Shown piece by piece: positions 13,130 through 24,483 of a DNA stretch of 64,000 bases. The DNA is from Mobula hypostoma. Lineage: Eukaryota. The number at the start of each line of letters is the position of its first letter. Position 1 is the first letter of the stretch. The translations under genes were made by a program, and so were the position numbers. The notes beneath the pieces were generated by a model, which saw only the letters and a list, made by a program, of their open reading frames with translations, ran no database searches and was not told where the DNA came from. Location: positions 5,334,001 through 5,398,000 of the forward strand of contig NC_086101.1 of the NCBI RefSeq assembly GCF_963921235.1, given 5' to 3'.

Positions 13130-13510
13130 GCTCCACGGTACTGCCCCTCCACAAAGCAGCACTCCTTCAGCACTGCCCCTCCCAGGGTGCAGGGCTCCCT
13201 CGGTACTGCCCCTCTCAGGGTGCAGGGGTTCGTCGGTACTGCCCCTCTCAGGGTGCAGGGCTGCCTTGGTACTGCCCCTCCCAGGGTGCAGGGCTGCCTC
13301 GGTACTGCCCCTCCACAAAGCGGCACTCCTTCAGCACTGTCCCTCCCAGGGTGCAGGGCTGCCTCGGTACTGCTCCTCCCAGGGTGCAGGGGTCCCTCGG
13401 TACTGCTCCTCCCAGGGTGCAGGGGTCCCTCGGTACTGCCCCTCTCAGGGTGCAGGGGTCCCTCGGTACTGCCCCTCTCAGGGTGCAGGGGTCCCTCGGT
13501 ACTGCCCTTC
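13130..13510. repeat. Minisatellite, about 33-bp unit CGGTACTGCCCCTCTCAGGGTGCAGGGGTCCCT
   Basis: About 11 tandem copies visible; period 33 (units at 13431 and 13464). Confidence 0.9.
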
Positions 13511-14442
13511 CCACGATACAGCGCTCACTCGGTCCTGCGTCTCCCATGTCCACCATTCTCGCGGATTCACCCGATCCATCTGAGGGCTGATAGGAATGTG
13601 TAGAAAATGCTGGTCTTGCCACCAGTGCTCCTTACTCTGTGACCTATCAGGGAACTACCTTCTCCCCACTCCCAGAAACCTGTCTGCTCTCCCCTGCCTA
13701 CAAACCTGGTCATACAGAAATGCACCAATTACACCCGCAGCTTTCAGCACGTGTGCCATCGTTTCTTAGAAGGTTCAAAGGTGACTCGATCATCATTATC
13801 ACGTGGGCGGTGATTGTTTTTGGCAAATTTTCCATTGCTTTCTTCTGGGCAGTGTCTTTACAAGGCTGATGACCCCGGCCATTATCAATACTCTTGTGGG
13901 GCATGTCTGCCTGGTTGCATAACCAGGCCTTGTGATACGCATCAGATGCTCATACGAACATCCACCACCTGCTCCCATAGCTTCACATGACCCTGATCGG
14001 GGCTTACACCCGGCCCAAGGGCGACCTGCAGGCCAGTGGACGGAGAAATAGCCTCACATCTGCTTTGGTGGAGACGTATCTCCACTCCTTCATCCCAGAC
14101 GGGTGTACAAGATGATAAGAGGCATGTTTCGAGTGGACAGCAGGAGATTTATCGCCAGGGCGGAAATGTCCAATGCGTGGGGCCATAATTGTAACGTGGT
14201 CGGAGGAAAGTATATGGAGATGACGGAGGTAGTTGATTTTTTAACAGAGAGTGGTAAGTGCGTGGAACGCGTTGCCACGTACATTGGGCACATTTAAGAC
14301 AGTTAGGCACATGGACGGAAGGAAAACGGAGCTATGTAGGAGGGAAGGGTTAGATTGATATTAAGGGGCCGAAGGGACTGCACTGTGATGAAGTGATGCA
14401 ATGTTCCATGATTACCAAATGATTCACTATTGACAGAAAGGG

Positions 14443-14615
14443 TGAGTCAGTTGTCTTCATTTAAAGCTAATTATAATGACTGCTGTGTCGGGAGTAGTCA
14501 GGTATCCCAGTGGAAAGAATGTTCATTCAGTAAGGGTTCAAATTGCCGGGACATTCCTGACGTCTCTGCAGGAGATCCCTGGGATGCAACTAAATATCCA
14601 CCTGGCGGTATATAA
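14443..14615 (+). promoter_or_regulatory. Candidate proximal promoter of the QRFP-like gene
   Basis: AP-1 TGAGTCA (14443-14449), CRE-like TGACGTCT (14558-14565), E-box CACCTG (14599-14604) and TATATAA (14609-14615), about 85 bp upstream of a consensus splice donor. Confidence 0.6.
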
Positions 14616-14639
14616 GTAGGAAACGCATCGGGGCAGGGC

Positions 14640-14698
14640 AGAAGGTGGCAGAAGATCCGGAGAAGTTATCGTGTTCCAAAGATCCCGCACACAACCTG
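14640..14698 (+). other. Putative non-coding exon 1 of the QRFP-like gene (start approximate)
   Basis: Starts about 25-30 nt after the TATA box and ends at CTG|GTAAGT (14699). The matching acceptor TTTCTCCCTGCACCTTTCAG ends at 15099, directly before the ATG. Confidence 0.6.
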
Positions 14699-15099
14699 GT
14701 AAGTGGAGTTGAAGTCTAGGCCTGAGACAGAGTGACGACAATTTGGAACGGGGACGTGGAAACATTAATTTAACCAGAGCATTCGTCTTAATTCTGCTCC
14801 TCTGTCTTCTGGTCTTGCGGATGGGAATGGGTGACAGGTTGGGATCTCATCTAGAAGTTTGATGGCCGCAGAGAAAATGACAGACTCCAGGGGTAGGGCA
14901 CAGAGTGGGATCTAACTGAAGGCTGCGAGAGGGTTAGTGTATAGATCCTTGGATGAGTTAAGAGGTTGGGGTATAATTGCGCGATTCTAAGGGGAGGTTA
15001 TTTCCGTTTGCCGGGATGTTGGCGAGGTCTGGCGGTGTTCTCTCCGTCTGTGTCAGGTCCCGGGGTCTCCCTGTGAACCTTTCTCCCTGCACCTTTCAG

Positions 15100-15516
15100 A
15101 TGGAGATGCGGCCGCTGCCGACACCCTCCGCGACCATCGCGGCGCTCTGCTGCCTCGCCCTGCTTTCCACCCCGTCCTCCGCCCGACCCCGCCGCTTCTC
15201 GCCCGAGCTCACCGGGGAACCGTGCTACCCCCGGGATCAGACCGGAGCGGCCTCGCCGGGTGGCGAGGGAGCGGGCCTGCAGCTCCGGACCGCGGGCCGG
15301 CGGTGGATCCTGGCCCGGCCAGCCGTGGGTCGGGAGGCTGGCGCGGCGGCGGTGCTGCTCGACAGATCCCTGGACGAACCCGTGGACGACGAGGCGGCTC
15401 CCTGCACCGATGTCCTGGGTCCGAGACGCTTGGACGAAGAGGTCCTCGCCTCCCTCGTCACCGGCCTGGAGTCTTATCGCAAACATGGGGGTTTTAGGTT
15501 TCGATTTGGAAAATGA
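15100..15516 (+). CDS. QRFP: QRFP/26RFa-family RFamide neuropeptide precursor, 138 aa
   Basis: Signal peptide MEMRPLPTPSATIAALCCLALLSTPSSA; dibasic RR; 26-mer LDEEVLASLVTGLESYRKHGGFRFRF (15430-15507); then G (amide donor), K, stop. Matches the QRFP C-terminal signature GGFxFRF-G-K/R and single-coding-exon layout. Orthologue versus paralogue status is unresolved. Confidence 0.9.
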   Translation: MEMRPLPTPSATIAALCCLALLSTPSSARPRRFSPELTGEPCYPRDQTGAASPGGEGAGLQLRTAGRRWILARPAVGREAGAAAVLLDRSLDEPVDDEAAPCTDVLGPRRLDEEVLASLVTGLESYRKHGGFRFRFGK

Positions 15517-15519
15517 AAT

Positions 15520-16080
15520 CCTTCGCCTTTTCGCTCCCTCTATCCCTCTCTCTCCCCACTCTCCCTTTCCCTCTGCCTCTCCCCCTCCCCTCACTCCTTC
15601 CCTCTTCCTCTATCTACCTCCTCACTCCCCCTCTCCCTCTCCGCCTCTTTCCCCGTCTCTCCCTCTCCCACACTCCCCATTCACCTTTTCTCCAATTCTC
15701 TCAATTCCTCCATCTCCCCTCTCCTTCTGTCTCCCTCCTCCCTCTCTCCCCATTGTCACTCTCACCCCTTCTCTATCCCTCTCATTCGCTCTCTGTTCAT
15801 CACCCTTTCTCCCATGTACTCACTTCCCCCTCTCCCTCCCTGTCCCGTTCCTCACGCTCTCCTCTCCTCTCTCTCTTTCCCACACCTTCACTCCAAATCT
15901 CTTATTTCCTCCGTCTCTCACTCCGTCACTACCTCTTTCCCTCTCTTGCCCTCTTCCTCTAATTTTGTCTCTCTCTCTCGGCTCTTCCTCCCTCATTCGT
16001 TCTCCCCCTCTCTTCCGCTTCTCCCTCATTACCCCACTTGTCAGTCTGTCTTTTTCTCAAACTTCTCGCCGCCTCTTCCA
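15520..16080 (+). repeat. Polypyrimidine (CT-rich) low-complexity tract in the putative QRFP-like 3' UTR
   Basis: About 560 bp made almost entirely of C and T on the plus strand. Confidence 0.85.
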
Positions 16081-16162
16081 CGAGGATTTCGTTGGCTGAA
16101 GTAAAGAACTTTAAAGTGTATTCGCGTTAAGGAAATATAAGGAATGACGTAATATCCTGATA

Positions 16163-16168
16163 AATAAA
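16163..16168 (+). terminator. Candidate polyadenylation signal of the QRFP-like gene
   Basis: First AATAAA downstream of the stop codon, in an AT-rich stretch after the CT tract. Confidence 0.5.
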
Positions 16169-16229
16169 TCGAAACTTGAATAATTTGAATCTGAGCAAGC
16201 AGCGACGTCTCCCGTGGATTCGGCTCAAG

Positions 16230-16660
16230 CAGGTAGTGTGGAGATCCCTCACTGCCGCCATGCGAAGATCCCTCACCGGTGTCCCAAAGGCAGCAGGGGG
16301 AATCCTTAGTGCTGTCTATCAGAGAGTGCAGCGACCCCTCACCGCAGCTTCACAAAAATAGTGTTGAGATCCCTCACTGCTGCCCGCTGACAACGTGGAG
16401 ATCCCTCACTGCCGCTCTTTGGACAGCGAGGAGATCCCTCTCTGCTGCCCCCTGACAGCGTGGAGATCCCTCACTACCGCTCTTTGGATGGCGAGGAGAT
16501 CCCTTACTGTGGCTTCCGAGACACTGCGACAGTCTGTCGGTACCCACCCTCAATCAGTGTGGCGACCCCTCATTGCTGCCCGTTCGTCAGTGCGGTGAGT
16601 TTCACTTCAGTCAATCTGACAGTGCGGTGCTCCCTCACTTCTGCCCCCTCACAGCAGAGA
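16230..16660. repeat. Degenerate tandem repeat with a GAGATCCCTCACTGC core
   Basis: The motif recurs at roughly 30-bp spacing. Confidence 0.7.
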
Positions 16661-16819
16661 GGATGACTTTCAATATATCGCGCCCCCCACCCCGCATTTA
16701 GCCTTGTAACCCGATCACTCTCACATCCCCTTAACTCAACGGAAACTCACAATGGCCAGTTAAACCACGTGCTTGATTTGTGGGAGGAAACCGGAGCACC
16801 CGGAGGAAACCCTCGGGGT

Positions 16820-17460
16820 AATGGGCCGGAGAAGAAAGAATCTGATAGGCAAGGAGTGGACCATAGGAGAACGAGGTGGCGGGGGGGGGCGGGGGGGGGG
16901 GGAAGGAAATAATAGGCAGGTGAGAAGAATTAGAAGGTCACAGTGGGGAATTGACGGGGGTGGGGTGGGGTGGTTGGCGGCAGAGAAACCAATGTACGTG
17001 CCAGGGTTCCCAGGCGGAATATAAGGTGTTGCTGCTCCAAAATGATGGTGGCCTCGTCTTTGCACTAGAGGAGTCCAGGGATTAAAAGGTCTGACCACCA
17101 AGAGGTCCCACTTGTGGCTGATGGTGTGGAGATGCTCGACCAAGCAGTCTCCCAATTTATGATGGGAACACCGGGAACACAGCATACAATAGACCACCCC
17201 AGCAGATTCGAAGATGAAGTGTTACCTCGCCTGGATGGAGGTGAGGGACTGAGGGAGGAGGTGTACGGGCACTTAGACCGCTTGCTGGGTTAAGAAACTG
17301 GGGGTGGGGATTAATGGGGAGGGACGTATGGACAAGGCAAACACAGAGGCGGTGATCCCTATGGAAATGGAGAGTGAGGGGAGGTAAAGATATGTTTAGG
17401 GGAGATCCCTTTGGAGAAGGTGGAAGATGCACAGGATAATGTGTTGGGTGTGGAGGAGGT
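16820..17460 (-). mobile_element. Penelope-like element fragment (GIY-YIG endonuclease remnant)
   Basis: Minus ORF 16760-17197 VYCMLCSRCS...LGDCLVEHLHTI resembles the Penelope GIY-YIG region. Confidence 0.55.
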
Positions 17461-18990
17461 CAATGTGTCGGACGCGGGGCGATCAATGTGTTGGATGAAG
17501 AGGAGGTGAATTTATTGGATGAGGAGGTCAATGTGCTGTATGCAGAAGAAGACACTGGGGAGGTGAAGGTGTTGGGTGCGCTGGAGGTGAAGGTCTTGGG
17601 TGTGGGGGAGGTGAAGGTGTCGGACGCGGGGGAGGTGAAGGAGTTGGGTGAGGGGATGTGAAAGTGTTGGGTGTGGTGGAGGTGACGGTGTTGGGTGTGG
17701 GGGAGGTGAAGGTCTTTTAGATGTGGGGAGGTGAAGGTGAAGGTGTTGGATGCGGGAGAGGTGAAGGTGTTGGGTGAGGGGGAGGTGACGGTGTTGGGTG
17801 TGGGGATGTGAAGGTGTTGGGTGTGGGGAGGTGATGGTGTTGGGTGTGGGGATGTGTAGGTGTTGGGTGTGGGGAGGTGAAGGTGAAGGTGTTGGGTGCG
17901 GGGGAGGTGACGGTGTTGGGTGTGGGGATGTGAAGGTGTTGGGTGTGGGGAGGTGATGGTGTTGGGTGTGGGGATGTGAAGGTGTTGGGTGTGGGGAGGT
18001 GATGGTGTTCGGTGTGGGGGAGGTGAAGGTGTCGGACGCGGGGGAGGTGAAGGTGTTGGGCGCGGCGGAGGGGAAGGTGTTGGGTGTGGGGAGGTGATGG
18101 CGTTGGGTGTGGGGGAGGTGGTGTTGGGTGTGGGGGAGGTGAAGGTGTTGGGCGCGGCGGAGGGGAAGGTGTTGGGTGTGGGGAGGTGATGGCGTTGGGT
18201 GTGGGGGAGGTGGTGTTGGGTGTGGGGGAGGTGAAGGTGTTGGGCGTGTGGGAGGTGAAGGTGTTGAGTGTGGGGGAGGGGAAGGTGTTGGGTGCGGGGG
18301 AGGTGAAGGTGTTGGGTGTGGGGAGGTGATGGCGTTGGGTGTGGGGGAGGTGGTGTTGGATGTGGGGGAGGTGAAGGTGTTGGGTGTGTGGGAGGTGAAG
18401 GTGTTGGGTGTGTGGGAGGTGAAGGTGTTGGGTGTGGGGGAGGTGAAGGTGTTGGACGCGGGGGAGGTGAAGGTGTTGGGTGTGTGGGAGGTGACGTTGT
18501 TGCGTGCGGGGGAGGTGAAGGTGTTGGGTGCGGGGGAGGTGATGGTGTTGGGTGTGGGGAGGTGAAGGTGTTAGGTGTGTGGGAGGTGAAGGTGTTGGGT
18601 GTGGGGGAGGTGAAGGTGTTGGACGCGGGGGAGGTGAAGGTGTTGGACGCGGGGGAGGTGAAGGTGTTGGGCGCGGCGGAGGTGAAGGTGTTGGGTGTGG
18701 GGATGTGAAGGTGTTAGGTGTGGGGTGAGTGTTGGGCGCGGCGGAGGGGAAAGTGTTGGGTGCGGGGGAGGTGATGGCGTTGGGTGTGGGGGAGGTGAAG
18801 GTGTTGGGTGTTGGGGAGGTGAAGCTGTTGGGTGTGGGGTAGGTGAAGGTGTTGGGTGCGGGGGATGTGAAGGTGTTAGCTGTGGGGGAGGTGAAGGTGT
18901 TGGGTGTGGGTAGGTGATGGTGTCGGGCGCGGGAGAGGCGAAGGTGTCGGACGCGGGGGAGGTGAAGGTGTGTGTGGGGGAGGTGAAGGT
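17450..18990. repeat. G/T-rich minisatellite, about 23-24-bp unit GGGGGAGGTGAAGGTGTTGGGTGT
   Basis: About 60 variant tandem copies are visible directly. Confidence 0.95.
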
Positions 18991-19124
18991 GATTGTTATT
19001 TAATGTTTTCCAATTCGCAGTTTTTTTTTCATTTCTATATCTGCTAATTTCCGTCAGCCGGTGGCAGTGTTGCACCACAATAATGTCGGCCCTGGCTATG
19101 CCGTACTCCGTCCCAAGCAACACT

Positions 19125-19700
19125 CTACACACAAAATGCAGTAGGAATTCAGCGGGCCAGGCAGCATCTATGGAGATGAATAAACAGTCTACGTTTTGGT
19201 CAGTCTACTTCGACAGTGCTTTGGCGCTGCTTCTTGCACCCACACTGAGTTCGTCGATTTCATTAACTTTTCCTCCAACGTCCACCTTGCTGTCAAACTT
19301 AATTGGTCTATTTCCGATTGCCCCAAGAACATCGAATTTTGGTCGCATATAAGCGAACAGCAACGTTACTTTGAAGACCAAAAGAACGAACTAAACTATT
19401 GAACAAGACCAAAGCGGTTTACAAAATCCAGTGCGGGAACGACGGCAAATATTACGTCGCCAAACTGGGAGAAAACTATCCGCGGGAATCTATGAACATG
19501 ATCTTCCAGCTTGTCCTCCCCCCGCCCCCCACCTTTCATTTGTGGCATCTTTCCCCTCTTTCCCAGTCTTGAAGAAGGGCCTCGGCTAGCAACGTCGACT
19601 CGTTATTCCTCTCCATTGATACTGCCTGACCTGCTGGAGTTCTTCCAGCATTTTGTGTGTGTTGCTCTGGAATTCCCAACATCTGCAGAATCTCTTGTGT
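19125..19700 (+). mobile_element. Penelope-like element fragments (RT and GIY-YIG remnants, pseudo-LTR ends)
   Basis: ORF 19196-19402 CFGAASCTHTEFVDFINFSSNVHLAVKLNWSISD resembles Penelope RT; AVYKIQC...YYV follows; terminal sequence shared with the hammerhead-bearing repeats. Confidence 0.55.
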
Positions 19701-19959
19701 GAAGAAAGGACTTTTAAAATCAAATTTGCAAGAGGTTTGGAATTTGGACATAGTAATGTTTATCACAATTGTCCGGGGCGATGGCGAGGCCACGCTTGGG
19801 GTCTGCACACCACTTCTATCCCCTGATCTAAGGACGGAAATACAGTACTAGTACTCGAAGGAGTCCACGAGACGAATCAAAGATTAATTTTATTCTCAAA
19901 GTATGCATATACCACACAACTCTGATATTCATCTTCTCCAGGAAAAACACAGGTGTCGT

Positions 19960-21870
19960 TGAAAGAAAAGAGCGCCCCTACCCGCAAGAAACAGCGTCAT
20001 GAACATCAAACCCCCACCCCCCCGCGCAAAAAACAGCGACAAGATCATCAAATCCCAATCCCCCCTCCCGCAAAAAAAAACAGCGACAAGATCATCAAAC
20101 CCCCATCCCCCTCCCGCAAGAAACAGCGACAAGATAATCAAACCCCCATCCCCCTCCCGCAAAAACAGACAAGATCATCAAACCCCCATCCCCCTCCCGC
20201 AAAACAGACAAGATCATCAAACCCCCATCCCCCTCCCGCAAAAAACGGCGACAAGATCATCAAATCCCAATCCCCCCTCCCGCAAAAAAAACAGCGACAA
20301 GATCATCAAACCCCCATCCCCCTCCCGCAAAAAACAGCGACAAGATAATCAAACCCCCATCCCCCTCCCGCAAAAACAGACAAGATCATCAAACCCCCAT
20401 CCCCCTCCCGCAAAAAACAGCGACAAGATAATCAAACCCCCATCCCCCTCCCGCAAAAACAGACAAGATCATCAAACCCCCATCCCCCTCCCGCAAAAAC
20501 AGCGTCATGAACATCAAACCCCCATCCCCCCGCGCAAAAAACGGCGACAAGATCATCAAATCCCAATCCCCCCTCCCGCAAAAAAAACAGCGACAAGATC
20601 ATCAAACCCCCATCCCCCTCCCGCAAAAACAGACAAGATCATCAAACCCCCATCCCCCTCCCGCAAAAACAGACAAGATCATCAAACCCCCATCCCCCTC
20701 CCGCAAAAACAGACAAGATCATCAAACCCCCATCCCCCTCCCGCAAAAAACAGCGACAAGATAATCAAACCCCCATCCCCCTCCCGCAAAAACAGACAAG
20801 ATCATCAAACCCCCATCCCCCTCCCGCAAAAACAGACAAGATCATCAAACCCCCATCCCCCTCCCGCAAAAAACAGCGACAAGATAATCAAACCCCCATC
20901 CCCCTCCCGCAAAAACAGACAAGATCATCAAACCCCCATCCCCCTCCCGCAAAAAACAGCGACAAGATAATCAAACCCCCATCCCCCTCCCGCAAAAACA
21001 GACAAGATCATCAAACCCCCATCCCCCTCCCGCAAAAACAGACAAGATCATCAAACCCCCATCCCCCTCCCGCAAAAACAGACAAGATCATCAAACCCCC
21101 ATCCCCCTCCCGCAAAAACAGACAAGATCATCAAACCCCCATCCCCCTCCCGCAAAAAACAGCGACAAGATAATCAAACCCCCATCCCCCTCCCGCAAAA
21201 ACAGACAAGATCATCAAACCCCCATCCCCCTCCCGCAAAAACAGACAAGATCATCAAACCCCCATCCCCCTCCCGCAAAAAACAGCGACAAGATAATCAA
21301 ACCCCCATCCCCCTCCCGCAAAAACAGACAAGATCATCAAACCCCCATCCCCCTCCCGCAAAAAACAGCGACAAGATAATCAAACCCCCATCCCCCTCCC
21401 GCAAAAACAGACAAGATCATCAAACCCCCATCCCCCTCCCGCAAAAACAGACAAGATCATCAAACCCCCATCCCCCTCCCGCAAAAACAGACAAGATCAT
21501 CAAACCCCCATCCCCCTCCCGCAAAAACAGACAAGATCATCAAACCCCCATCCCCCTCCCGCAAAAAACAGCGACAAGATAATCAAACCCCCATCCCCCT
21601 CCCGCAAAAACAGACAAGATCATCAAACCCCCATCCCCCTCCCGCAAAAAACAGCGACAAGATAATCAAACCCCCATCCCCCTCCCGCAAAAACAGACAA
21701 GATCATCAAACCCCCATCCCCCTCCCGCAAAAACAGACAAGATCATCAAACCCCCATCCCCCTCCCGCAAAAAACAGCGACAAGATAATCAAACCCCCAT
21801 CCCCCTCCCGCAAAAACAGACAAGATCATCAAACCCCCATTCCCCCTCCCGCAAAAAACAGCGACAACGG
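19960..21870. repeat. Homogeneous minisatellite, 40-43-bp unit CCCCCATCCCCCTCCCGCAAAAACAGACAAGATCATCAAA
   Basis: About 45 tandem copies with two main unit variants. Confidence 0.95.
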
Positions 21871-22034
21871 CACCAAAGCCCCCCCACACAGGGAAAAGAA
21901 AGCAAGAAGATCAACAGACCCCAAATGGCCAACTCCTCCCTCGCACAAAGGCCACACACCGCACCCCCGGACCCCCAACCCGGCAGAACACTTGAAACAC
22001 TCGGCCATTATCGTCACAAAGCAGCACAGGACCG

Positions 22035-22190
22035 CACAGCAGCTTAGCGGCTAGCGTAAACGATTTCCAGCGCCAGCGACAGGGGTTCGAATCTCGCCGC
22101 CGTCAGTAAGGTGTTCGTCCGTTCTCCCCGTGACCGCGCGGGTTTCCTCCGGGTGCTCCGGTTTCTTCCCACAGTCCAAAGACATACTTT
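22035..22190 (+). mobile_element. tRNA-derived V-SINE (HE1-like)
   Basis: B box GGTTCGAATC followed by the V-domain GTTCTCCCCGTGACCGCGCGGGTTTCCTCCGGGTGCTCCGGTTTC...CAGTCCAAAGAC. Confidence 0.7.
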
Positions 22191-24231
22191 TCAATGGGTC
22201 AGAAGGGGTTAATTGGGCAGCGCGGCTCATTGGCTCGCAGGGGCCTGTTACCCGGATGTTCTTGTCCGGGGAGCGTGGGCAGCCGGGCCCTCGGAGCAGG
22301 TGAATATCTCATTGTCAGGTCAGGGTATTGCGCTCTCGGGAACGGGCGCTGTACGGGATTGCGGGAAAAAACAAAACCGCAGGGAGATGCAAAGTCAGCA
22401 GTCAAGACATTTTCAAAATGCTCAGCCTCGAAAAAGCGGCATTCATTATCAAGGACCCCCATCACCCAGGACAGGCCATCTTCTCATTGCTCCCATCAGC
22501 GAGTCGCGAATGGTTCTTGTTTTTCGCGCAGGTTGGAGCTTTTCGATCAACGGGTTCCATGGTGTTTCTCTGTTCTGTTGCCGTCTGTGGGAAGACGAAT
22601 CTCAGGGTTGTACACTGCGTACATACTTTGAAAATAAACGTACTTTGAATCTTTTGGGGCACAGGCGCCCGAAGGCATGCGGTCAACGATTCAGGAACAA
22701 AACAACTCCTTCCCCTCCGCCATCAGATTTCTGAAACCGTTATTACCGCACTTGTTTTATTTATTTCCCTCTCTTTTTGCACCGCTTATTTAATTAACTT
22801 ATATATAAATTTATTGTAATTTAGAGATTTTTAAAATTACTAGGTGTTGCACTGAACTGAACATTTCAGCACAGATGCCAGCGCCATGAAACCCCATCCT
22901 GATCCTGGACAGGAGTATATTGGGTTTATTTAAAGAGGGGTATATATTGGGAGGTTGACGGATTTTGGCAGGGCATCGAAGGTTACGGGGAGAAGGCGGG
23001 AGAATGGGGTTGAGAGGGATAATAAATCAGCCACGATGGAATGGTGGGCCAGACTTGATGGGCCGAATGGCCTGTGTCTCACTGGTCTTGTGAGAGCCGG
23101 CGCGGCCCGGCCACGATCGCGGTAGCTGGTAGGAGGGGTTGAATAGCCCACTCCTTGTGTTCCGGTAGTCGGCTCATACGTTCCTCGCTAATTCAATTTC
23201 CTAATTTTCGAGAATTCTTTGCAAAATCCTGTGGCCTAGAGCGTTTTGTCTGTAGAGACGTGGAGAGGATGCTCCTAATCTCAGGCAGACCTATCGAATA
23301 TTGAAAGTCTGCAGAGAGTGGACGTGGAGCGAATGTTGCCGACACAGGGAGTCTAGGACCAGAGGGTACTATTTCATTTAGTCAGAAGGTGGTTTATCTG
23401 TGGAATACATTGCCCCAGGCGGCTGTGGAGGCGCGTCATTGGGGATACTTAAAGCGGGGGTTAATAGACTCCCGATTAATCTATTTGTCAAAGGTTACGG
23501 TGAGTAGGGAAATGGAGTTGAGAGGATAATAAATCAGTCACAATAGAATCGCGTGTCTTATGGTCTGGCAACTTTTTGAAGCCTTTAGACAGAATTATTT
23601 ATCTTCGCTTTTGGATTCGAGCCACTTGTCTCGCGGCATTTTCTGTGCCTTTCCAGAATGCGTCTATGTTAGGAATCATTTGATATTTCTTAAGCCGTTG
23701 CCTGTCCGCCGCCCCTCCCAGTTAACCGCCACCCCTACAACCCTGCTGATGCCCCTCCCAGCCCGCCTCTCACATCTCCAGTCGGGAATTCAGGTCAAAA
23801 AATCCGGGTTCAGGTTGACGGCGTTTACTCTTGCGCCGAGTGTAGCCAGTTCTGCCAGTCTTTCTCACAAACCCTTCGGAACAAAACTTGTCCAGATAAA
23901 GATACAGTACACGCCGACTGTCCATTTCCCTCCACGGATGCCGCCGACTCGCCAAGTCCCTCCAGCATTTTGCGTCCTAATTAATTAACCCCTTCAGGTT
24001 GCTCAGGGGTTAAGTAAGATTTTCAGAACTACTTCAAGGCCGACAGTCGGCTTGGGCCAAACTTACTTCCGTAACCGGGGCCTCCCGGGGCATGGAACCG
24101 GCCACGGTGTTCAGATGTGGTTAGCGCAACGCTTTACAGCGCCAGCGACGCGGGTACAAATCCCAGTGGATTTCGTCCGGGTGCTCTGGTTTCCTCCCGC
24201 AGTCCAGAGACGTACGGGTTCCAGATACTAA

Positions 24232-24483
24232 ACACGAGGAATTCTGCAGATGCTGGAAATTCAAGCAACACACATCAAAGTTGCTGGTGAACGCAGCAGG
24301 CCAGGCAGCATCTCTAGGAAGAGGTGCAGTCGACGTTTCGGGCCGAGACCCTTCGCAGGACTAACTGAAAGAAGAGATAGTAAGAGATTTGTCCTGACGA
24401 AGGGTCTCGGCCCGAAACGTCAACTGTACCTCTTCCTAGAGATGCTGCCTGGCCTGCTGCGTTCACCAGCAACTTTGATGTGC
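24232..24483. mobile_element. Penelope-type inverted pseudo-LTR insertion with a hammerhead motif, inside a V-SINE
   Basis: Inverted arms of about 95 bp (about 24267-24361 and 24391-24486); 14-bp TSD GTTCCAGATACTAA (24218-24231 and 24484-24497). Confidence 0.75.
24391..24424 (+). ncRNA. Minimal type-I hammerhead ribozyme-like motif (Penelope-associated)
   Basis: GTC-CTGACGA-AGGGTCTCGGCCC-GAAACGTC contains the CUGANGA core, a helix II hairpin and GAAA with palindromic ACGU. The helix I 3' strand is AAC where other copies have GAC. Confidence 0.55.

Noticed and set aside
12697..13622. ORFs with YCPSQGAG or GTAPPRVQG repeats
   Set aside because: Products of the 33-bp minisatellite joined to antisense CR1 sequence.
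14977..15099. N-terminal 41 codons of ORF 14977-15516
   Set aside because: Starts at TTG, lies in the inferred intron and ends in a polypyrimidine-CAG acceptor; the signal peptide begins at 15100.
14998..16099. Overlapping ORFs 14998-15594(-), 15260-16099(+) and 15513-15962(+)
   Set aside because: Shadow frames of the GC-rich neuropeptide exon and the CT tract; no domain features.
17717..20970. Long Pro/His/Thr-rich ORFs (471 aa, 323 aa) resembling mucin or extensin
   Set aside because: Translations of stop-poor minisatellites, open in several frames, with no splice or signal evidence.
19960..21870. CRISPR-like regular repeats (also 40178-41268 and 60430-61760)
   Set aside because: Head-to-tail tandem units without unique spacers, in eukaryotic DNA with no cas genes.
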